Assembly: GCA_034927475.1 (NCBI GenBank)
Contig: JAYFPW010000002.1
Coordinates: 45,372 to 109,371 of the forward strand
Source of the DNA: Candidatus Elulimicrobiales bacterium
Lineage (GTDB): Bacteria; Patescibacteriota; Minisyncoccia; Phycocordibacterales; UBA5272
Direction: 5' to 3'
DNA length: 64,000 nucleotides
Below, one piece after another: positions 57,778 to 64,000 of this stretch (its first letter is position 1; the number at the start of each line of letters is the position of its first letter). Below the pieces are notes generated by a model. It did not search any database. It was not told where the DNA came from and saw only the letters and a program-made list of their open reading frames with translations. Position numbers and translations under genes: made by a program.

Positions 57778-58098
57778 ATGGATAATGAATTAATAGATGA
57801 AAATCGCGACTTGAATGTCGAGATGAAGAACATCTTATACAAATCAAATCTTTCTTTCGATGAGACAAGAGCTTTTTTTGATGGTTTACAATATTTACCA
57901 GATGAAGACAAACAACAATTTATAGAAATTTTATCTGAAGAACCAGAACTTATTTATCCATTGTATATAAATTTTAAAGCAAAATTAAAAGCTTTAGAAT
58001 CTGAAGATCCAGAAAAAGAATGGGATCAAATTGTTGAAGATGAACTCGCAATGCTTGATGATTATTTAGATAAAAAAGGAATTAAAGAAGACAATTAA
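57778..58098 (+). CDS. hypothetical acidic small protein (106 aa)
   Basis: ORF with RBS-like spacing. Highly acidic (D/E-rich). No family recognised. Confidence 0.3.
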   Translation: MDNELIDENRDLNVEMKNILYKSNLSFDETRAFFDGLQYLPDEDKQQFIEILSEEPELIYPLYINFKAKLKALESEDPEKEWDQIVEDELAMLDDYLDKKGIKEDN

Positions 58099-58102
58099 TT
58101 TT

Positions 58103-58288
58103 ATGGCAGCTTTTGCAAGAATTTTACTTATTGTTGGAGGTTTAAACTGGGGACTAGTTGGTCTAGGTTATTTTATTAAGAAAGATTTAAATTTTATAGA
58201 CTTACTTTCATCTTATTACACTACTTTGCCAGCAATTATATATTGCGTAATGGGTGTTGCGGCCATTTGGTTAATTTTTAAAAAATAA
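58103..58288 (+). CDS. DUF378-family small membrane protein
   Basis: LLIVGGLNWGLVGL signature of the DUF378/YuzA family, with two TM helices. 61 aa. Confidence 0.7.
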   Translation: MAAFARILLIVGGLNWGLVGLGYFIKKDLNFIDLLSSYYTTLPAIIYCVMGVAAIWLIFKK

Positions 58289-58289
58289 T

Positions 58290-58958
58290 ATGGTTTCTCT
58301 CGCAGATTTAGGACAACCAGCAAAGAATATTGCTAGATTAATTTTTCTTATTATAATTATTGCTGTACTTGTGGCAATTTTTCAGTCCACAAAAGATTTA
58401 TTAATTTCAAAAGGTATTTTACCTGCGACAATTAATCATAAAAAACTTTTTGTTCAAAATTTAAATTTTGATTATAAAATAACTAGAGTCATAGATGGTG
58501 ACACAATTCAAATTAAAAGGTTGGACGGGAAAATTATTGAAAATACCAGTAAAGAAATGAAAGTTAGACTAATTGGTATAAATTCTCCAGAGTCAGTCGA
58601 TCCAAGAAGACCAGTTGAATGTTTTGGAAAAGAAGCCAGTAGTCACATGAAAAGTTTAGCTCAAGGAAAAGTTGCTGCACTAGAATATGATTTTACTCAA
58701 AGTAAATTTGATGATTATGGAAGACTTTTAGCTTATGTTTTTATAAAAGATTCTGGCGTTGCAGATAAAAATGTTCGAATGTTAAATGAGGAAATGGTAA
58801 AAGATGGGTATGCTTATGAATATACTTATAATTATCCATATAAGTATCAATCTCAATTTAAATGGCTAGAAGGATTTGCTAGAGAAAATTATATTGGTCT
58901 TTGGTCCTCCAATACTTGCAGTGGTCTCAAAACTCCAATAGCTCCGCCAGTAAATTAG
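58290..58958 (+). CDS. membrane-anchored thermonuclease (staphylococcal nuclease-like, SNase fold)
   Basis: N-terminal TM helix, SNase core RVIDGDTIQIKRLDGK...VRLIGINSPE...GKEA...GRLLAYVF with catalytic Arg/Glu pattern. Confidence 0.75.
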   Translation: MVSLADLGQPAKNIARLIFLIIIIAVLVAIFQSTKDLLISKGILPATINHKKLFVQNLNFDYKITRVIDGDTIQIKRLDGKIIENTSKEMKVRLIGINSPESVDPRRPVECFGKEASSHMKSLAQGKVAALEYDFTQSKFDDYGRLLAYVFIKDSGVADKNVRMLNEEMVKDGYAYEYTYNYPYKYQSQFKWLEGFARENYIGLWSSNTCSGLKTPIAPPVN

Positions 58959-58981
58959 TTTTAAATGATATAATCTAAAAT

Positions 58982-59710
58982 ATGGGAAATTTTTTTAAAT
59001 TGATGTGGCGAAAAGGGTGGAAATTTATTTTAATTTTAGCTGTTATTTGGTTAATTTATTTTTTAATTACTTTTTTCTATCCAAATACTTTTAATTTTCT
59101 AAGAAATAAAAACACTTCTAAACAAACTTATTCAACGATTGAACAAGTAAAAATTCCTTTAAGGTATAGGATTTATAATTTTTTCTTCAACAACTCAAAC
59201 TTAAAAGGCTTTTCAGGTAGAAATAATGTTAATCCTACAACTACTGAAATCCTACAAGAAGAAAATGTAGATACTGGCCCTTATGTTTGGGGGACTGAGA
59301 CGGGTGCCACTTATAGGAACAAGAATTTTTTATTGGCAGAAGATTTATATGTCTATCCAAACATCAAAAAGAACGCTGTAGCTCAAAATTTTCGATTTGA
59401 TGATGTCCTAGTTAAAGAAGGCGGAAATAATATTTTAAAAGCCGACACAGTTATTACAGGGGAAATAAATACACATTATCTTAATAATCCATTTTTTAAT
59501 ATAGACATATATGATGCCGCTGGAAGTTACCTTTATTCAATATATGCGAGCGGAAGAATTTTAGAAGAAGATCCAAATCTTTTAACTTTTTCAGCTACAA
59601 ATATAGCTTCATATAATTTTTATGGTTATAAAGGGGAAGGGTTTTTAGCTATTTGGACAGACAATCCAGAAGTTGAATCAATTTTAATTAGCAAAATAAC
59701 TATTGAATAA
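58982..59710 (+). CDS. hypothetical membrane-anchored extracytoplasmic protein
   Basis: N-terminal TM helix (FILILAVIWLIYFLITFF), then a beta-rich domain. No motifs recognised. Confidence 0.35.
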   Translation: MGNFFKLMWRKGWKFILILAVIWLIYFLITFFYPNTFNFLRNKNTSKQTYSTIEQVKIPLRYRIYNFFFNNSNLKGFSGRNNVNPTTTEILQEENVDTGPYVWGTETGATYRNKNFLLAEDLYVYPNIKKNAVAQNFRFDDVLVKEGGNNILKADTVITGEINTHYLNNPFFNIDIYDAAGSYLYSIYASGRILEEDPNLLTFSATNIASYNFYGYKGEGFLAIWTDNPEVESILISKITIE

Positions 59711-59729
59711 AAATATTTCGAATAATTTT

Positions 59730-60362
59730 TTAATAGTCATCATCTTCTAGATCTTCCCTTTGTTCTCTTTGGGATTCGTAAAAATTTCTTATTGGGTGAG
59801 AAGGTTTTGATGAAAAATTTTCTTTAGGGTATTTCTTAGCGTAATATTCTCTTTTAATTTCCTCTTTCAAGTTGGCTATTTCTCTTTTTGAAGCTTTTTT
59901 ATTTATCTTTTTAAAATAAGTTTTAGATAAAATGTGAGCCGCAAAGCCAACCCAGAAAGACCAATTATTTCTTTGTACATAATGTTCATATAGATGTAGA
60001 CTTTTTTGTTCTTCAACAAGAGCGTCATCTAGCATTTCTTTTAACTCTTCTAGAATTTTTAATTTCTCTTCTTTAACATTCTCTTGCTCTTCTCTTCTTT
60101 TTTCTTTTTTAAATTCCTCCCACTCTTTTATCATGGCAATCTCTTTTTTCATTTCAGATTTTTCTTTTTCTATTATTTCTTTTTCAAAATATTCATTTAA
60201 CAAAGAAGCTAAATCTTCTCTAACTTCAGATTTAGCTTTTGGTAATTCAGCGTCAACAATCTCTTCGACAGAAAAATGTCGGGGATATTTTTGAATTATA
60301 TCTTCTATTTTTACTTTTTTAGATCTAGGAGATTTAAAACCTTCCAGCATATTATTTAACAA
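59730..60362 (-). CDS. hypothetical E/K-rich coiled-coil protein
   Basis: 210-aa ORF, ~45% charged residues with heptad character. Overlaps the yqeY-like stop by 11 nt. Confidence 0.35.
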   Translation of the reverse strand: MLNNMLEGFKSPRSKKVKIEDIIQKYPRHFSVEEIVDAELPKAKSEVREDLASLLNEYFEKEIIEKEKSEMKKEIAMIKEWEEFKKEKRREEQENVKEEKLKILEELKEMLDDALVEEQKSLHLYEHYVQRNNWSFWVGFAAHILSKTYFKKINKKASKREIANLKEEIKREYYAKKYPKENFSSKPSHPIRNFYESQREQREDLEDDDY

Positions 60363-60798
60363 GTTCGTCTATAACTTCTTTTACAAGAGCTCCATCAGCA
60401 GAGTCTCCTAATTCTTTTAGCATTGTTCCGACGAATTGTCCTTTTTTAGACGGATCAATCGCTTCAGCTGCTAATTTTTCAGAAACCTTAGCTAAAATTT
60501 CTTCTCTGGACATTTGAGCTGGTAAAAATTCTTCAATGATTTTAGCTTCCGCCATTTCTCCTTCAGCAAGCTCTGGTCTTCCAGCATTTGTAAATTGTTC
60601 AATAGCATCCTTTCTTTTCTTTAATTCTCTTTTAAGAACCTTTAAAACTTCAGCGTCTTCTAGAGCGTCAGTAGGGAGTTTTTGAAGATAGACCAATTCA
60701 TTGGTAAATGCTGCGGAAAGCATACGGAGAACACCAAGTCTTTCCATATCTTTATTCATCATTGCTTGCTTAAGTTCGGCTTTAATTTTTTCTTGCAT
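60352..60798 (-). CDS. GatB/YqeY domain protein
   Basis: 148 aa with the YqeY pattern (…LGVLRMLSAAFTNE…; C-terminal …GQFVGTMLKELGDSADGALVKEVI…). Confidence 0.75.
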   Translation of the reverse strand: MQEKIKAELKQAMMNKDMERLGVLRMLSAAFTNELVYLQKLPTDALEDAEVLKVLKRELKKRKDAIEQFTNAGRPELAEGEMAEAKIIEEFLPAQMSREEILAKVSEKLAAEAIDPSKKGQFVGTMLKELGDSADGALVKEVIDELVK

Positions 60799-60895
60799 AT
60801 TTTTATTTTTCTAGTTATTTAAATGATTATTTTAGAATTATATCACAAAATAAGACTTTATTTAAGAATTTTTCTTTATGATATAATCTCTAAAT

Positions 60896-62017
60896 ATGGA
60901 TAATTTAACTATATTTTTATTTGCTTTTGCTTTAATTTTACTTCTAGTTTTGGTTTTTGTGATCTTTTCTTTAAATAAAAAGTTAAAAGAAAGAGATGGA
61001 AGAGGAGAAATGGAGATGCTGTCAGAGACTTTAAAAAGTTTAAAAGATGATTTAAAGACAGATATTCGCGAAACCAGAAGAGAATTAGATCAAAAAATTA
61101 CTTTTGGGCAAAAAGAAAGTAATGAAAATGTTAAATTTCAATTTGAGGCTTCACAAAAATTAATTAAAGATATAAATGAGCATCTTGGGAAAGTAAATGA
61201 AAGTGTAGTAGAAGTAAAAGAAGGTAGCAAGCAAGTGGTAAATATGACAGAGCAGCTTTCTAATTTAGAGAAAGTTTTAACAAATCAAAAACAACGCGGA
61301 AATTGGGGAGAAGGGTCCTTGCAATTAATTCTTTCCAATTTTTTGCCGGACGGGGTTTATCAAATGCAATATTCTTATAAAAATGCTGAAATCGTAGACG
61401 CGGTAATCTTTATTAAAGATAAAGTACTTCCTATAGATTCAAAATTCTCTATTGATAATTATCGTCGTTCTATTGATGCGCAAAATGACGAAGATAAAAA
61501 ATATTTCGGAGAAGAGTTTAAAAAAGATATTAAAAAAAGAATTGACGAAACTAGTAAATATATCGATGAAATAAAAGAAAACACTTTACCTTTTGCTTTT
61601 ATGTTTATTCCAAGTGAATCAATTTATTATGATTTAAATGCTGGAGATAATGGAGCTCTAAAAGTAAATACTCAAAAGCTTTTAGATTATGCCCAAAGTA
61701 AAAGAGTTATTTTTGTTTCTCCAACTTCGATTCTAGCTTATTTGCATTTAGTTGTTTCCGGAATAAAAGATAGTAATATAGAAGAAAATGCTAAACAAAT
61801 AAAAAAGAAAGTCGAAGAACTCGGAAAGCATATTCAAAAATACGAAGAATATATGCAAAAGCTTGGTAATTCTTTAAATACTACAGTGAATCACTACAAC
61901 GCTTCTTATAAAGAGCTTAAAAAAATAGATAAAGATGTTTATAAAATCACTGATGGGGCTGGAGAAATGACCGTAGAGCCTATGCTTTTAGATAGGGTGA
62001 ATATGGAAGAAGAATAG
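60896..62017 (+). CDS. rmuC: DNA recombination protein RmuC
   Basis: N-terminal TM helix, coiled-coil, and RmuC core with QRGNWGE motif. Confidence 0.8.
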   Translation: MDNLTIFLFAFALILLLVLVFVIFSLNKKLKERDGRGEMEMLSETLKSLKDDLKTDIRETRRELDQKITFGQKESNENVKFQFEASQKLIKDINEHLGKVNESVVEVKEGSKQVVNMTEQLSNLEKVLTNQKQRGNWGEGSLQLILSNFLPDGVYQMQYSYKNAEIVDAVIFIKDKVLPIDSKFSIDNYRRSIDAQNDEDKKYFGEEFKKDIKKRIDETSKYIDEIKENTLPFAFMFIPSESIYYDLNAGDNGALKVNTQKLLDYAQSKRVIFVSPTSILAYLHLVVSGIKDSNIEENAKQIKKKVEELGKHIQKYEEYMQKLGNSLNTTVNHYNASYKELKKIDKDVYKITDGAGEMTVEPMLLDRVNMEEE

Positions 62018-62095
62018 GGGTACTGGTATCGATTTGACACATTTTTTCGAATTTTATATATTGAAATTAGTAGTAACCAATATATATAATTAAAA

Positions 62096-62347
62096 ATGGA
62101 AAGTTTAAGTTTTCATATTAGTGAAATATTAGAATATTTTGCTAGTAAAGATGTAAATCTGAGAGACGCTTATTTAGCAGCTTCTTTTTTCAAAAATAAG
62201 ACACTAACATTAAAAGTAGAGTTAACATTAGAAGAAGCAAAAACAAGAGAACTGATTTCAGACTTTTTAAAAGAAAAAAATAAAAAACTTATCTCTTTTT
62301 CTATGACAAGAGATAGAATCGTTTGCTATGTCAAACAGATAAGTTAG
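62096..62347 (+). CDS. hypothetical small protein (83 aa)
   Basis: ORF only. Confidence 0.25.
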   Translation: MESLSFHISEILEYFASKDVNLRDAYLAASFFKNKTLTLKVELTLEEAKTRELISDFLKEKNKKLISFSMTRDRIVCYVKQIS

Positions 62348-62497
62348 ATAATCGGGACACTTTTAAAAGTCTAGTAAAAATTAATTAAGCCTTTTACTTT
62401 ATAGGGTAAAAAGGCTTTTTATTTGCAAAAATAATGTTTTTATGATAATATTGTCTTATTAAAAAATCTAAGATTTATTAAAAACATCATGAAAAAT

Positions 62498-62815
62498 ATG
62501 ACTAATTTTGCAGTAATTCAAACAGGCGGAAAACAATACAAAGTTTCTGAAGGTTCAAGAATAAAAATTGAAAAGATTATCGGCGATTATAAAATCGGCG
62601 ATAAGCTCTCTTTTGAGAATGTACTTTTATCTGTTAATGGAAATGATGTTAAAGTCGGAGAACCTACAATTTCAGGATCAAAAGTAGAAGCTGAAATCAT
62701 AGACATAGCAAAACATAAAACAGTTGAAGTTGTTAAATATAAAGCAAAATCTAACTATCATAAAAAGAATGGTCATAGACAACCATATTTTGAAATAAAA
62801 GTTTTAGCTATTTAA
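62498..62815 (+). CDS. rplU: 50S ribosomal protein L21
   Basis: FAVIQTGGKQYKVSEGSRIKIEKI... canonical L21 N-terminus. Start at MTNFAV (ATG 62498). Confidence 0.88.
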   Translation: MTNFAVIQTGGKQYKVSEGSRIKIEKIIGDYKIGDKLSFENVLLSVNGNDVKVGEPTISGSKVEAEIIDIAKHKTVEVVKYKAKSNYHKKNGHRQPYFEIKVLAI

Positions 62816-62829
62816 TTTAAAATTAAAAT

Positions 62830-62860
62830 AAAATCTGAGACAATCTCAGATTTTATTTTT
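62830..62860. terminator. bidirectional intrinsic terminator between rplU and recR
   Basis: aaaatctgaga-caa-tctcagatttt, 11-bp perfect stem with T-runs on both strands. Confidence 0.7.
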
Positions 62861-62879
62861 TATATTTTTTAACTATTTT

Positions 62880-63518
62880 CTAGCCTCTATGCTCAAAAGC
62901 TTCTTTAAAAGTATTTTTATCTACATATTCAATATCGAGTCCAGAAGAAAGACCTCTAGCTAAAGTGGACATTCTTACATTTTCAATACCAACAATTTGA
63001 GCCAAAGTCTTTTTTAAATAGTTGATAGTATTTTCTCCTTCATCGGTAGCTGGTAAAGCAAAAATAATTTCTTCTAAATTTTCAGTTTTCTCTTCTTTTT
63101 GTAAATCATTATGTATAAGATTAACCAATTCTCTTATATTAATAACCTCACTTGGTTTTTCTGTTAAAAACGGCAAAAGATTTCCTAAAACAAAATATTT
63201 TCCATTATAAAATTTTGTCTTTTCTATAGCATCTATGTCTAATTCTTTTACGACTATCATCAAAGATTTTTTATCACGCATACTGTTTGCGCAAATATCA
63301 CAAATAGAGCTATCTTTTTGATTATTATATTTACTAAAAACTCTGAGACACTTTTCGCAAATATTAGACGAATCTTTTAGAGCTTCAATATTTCTAGCTA
63401 AATCTTGTTTATAGTTATTTTTCTCTCTCATCAAAAAATAAACAAAACGAGCGGCTTGTTTAGGCCCAATGCCAGGGAACTTTAAAAATAATTCTTGAAG
63501 TTTTTCTGAAGGGTTCAT
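62880..63518 (-). CDS. recR: recombination protein RecR
   Basis: HhH (FPGIGPKQAARF), C4 zinc finger (CEKC...CDIC), Toprim domain. Confidence 0.9.
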   Translation of the reverse strand: MNPSEKLQELFLKFPGIGPKQAARFVYFLMREKNNYKQDLARNIEALKDSSNICEKCLRVFSKYNNQKDSSICDICANSMRDKKSLMIVVKELDIDAIEKTKFYNGKYFVLGNLLPFLTEKPSEVINIRELVNLIHNDLQKEEKTENLEEIIFALPATDEGENTINYLKKTLAQIVGIENVRMSTLARGLSSGLDIEYVDKNTFKEAFEHRG

Positions 63519-63522
63519 AATT

Positions 63523-64000
63523 TTAAAAATCGTCAGGGATATCTATTGTTGGTATTTCAAAATCACCAAATTCATTTTTATCGATAGAAAGAAATGAGGT
63601 TTTCTTGTTATCAAAGTAGAGCTCAGCTTTTCCAGTCGGTCCATTTCTATGTTTTTCAATTAAGATTTCGATAATATTTTTCTTATCAGAATCTTCTTCA
63701 TATTTATCTTCTCTGTGAATAAACATAACCACATCAGCATCTTGTTCAATAGATCCAGAGTCTCTTAAGTCTGAAAGGCGAGGGCGTCCACCACGAGATT
63801 CAACGGCACGAGAAAGCTGAGAAAGAGCGATAACTGGTACATCAAACTCTTTAGCTATACCTTTTAAAGATCTGGAAATCTCTGTAACTTGATTCACCAT
63901 ATTGTCATAGCTTTTGGATGTTCCCATAAGTTGAAGATAGTCAACAATAACTAAACCAATTTGTTTTTCATGATTTAATTTTCTTAAAACTGAACGCATA
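63523..64000 (-). CDS. dnaB: replicative DNA helicase DnaB, C-terminal part (continues beyond window end)
   Basis: RecA-like C-terminal domain motifs LVIVDYLQLM, ...VPVIALSQLSRAVE..R....P.LSDLRESG.IEQDADVVMF. Confidence 0.85.
   Translation of the reverse strand, partial: MRSVLRKLNHEKQIGLVIVDYLQLMGTSKSYDNMVNQVTEISRSLKGIAKEFDVPVIALSQLSRAVESRGGRPRLSDLRDSGSIEQDADVVMFIHREDKYEEDSDKKNIIEILIEKHRNGPTGKAELYFDNKKTSFLSIDKNEFGDFEIPTIDIPDDF

Noticed and set aside
1-64000. CRISPR arrays, integrases, transposases, or phage structural genes
   Set aside because: No regularly spaced direct repeats with unique spacers, and no recombinase or transposase motifs were found. The repeat array at 13.3 kb has irregular spacing and an 11-mer unit with AT-rich fillers, not CRISPR-like.

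Overview
This is a low-GC (~30%), gene-dense bacterial chromosomal segment read in the standard code: ORFs end on UGA, and tRNA-Trp carries anticodon CCA. The gene content points to a small-genome Patescibacteria/CPR-like organism, but that is inference only.

The compact housekeeping genes include trxB, ftsA-ftsZ, ybeY, rpsU, hisS, lepB, pth, an S1-domain protein, recA, ftsK, and an M23 peptidase. Translation and stress genes include infA-rpmJ-rpsM-rpsK-rpsD-rpoA-rplQ-rplM-rpsI, grpE-dnaK-dnaJ, rmuC, rplU, recR and a partial dnaB. A 23S-5S rRNA operon has no linked 16S and runs straight into rplJ-rplL. There are three tRNAs: Trp-CCA, Gln-CTG and Gln-TTG. The ORF track had called an ORF across tRNA-Gln(TTG). 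A nine-gene surface-glycan cluster (29977-38774) carries a GT11 alpha-1,2-fucosyltransferase.

The observations most worth a second look are:
- An AT-rich array of about 14 copies of a TATAAAGGACA-type 11-mer sits exactly at a minus-to-plus strand switch and extends into a gene for a winged-helix protein. This could be an origin or iteron-like autoregulatory locus.
- Two very small transcription units with consensus promoters and intrinsic terminators (candidate sRNAs) lie between convergent genes.
- A duplicated structured operator that mimics the 23S L10-binding site lies upstream of both rplJ and rplL.
- A 431-aa protein carries a caspase/CHAT-like His...Cys signature.
- A 1007-aa Thr/Ser/Gly-rich secreted protein has a peptidoglycan-binding N-terminus.
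- tRNA-Trp is followed by a GC-rich hairpin island, a GIY-YIG nuclease, a C39-like peptidase and a nitroreductase / CPWC-thioredoxin / nitroreductase triad.

No CRISPR array, integrase or transposase was recognised.
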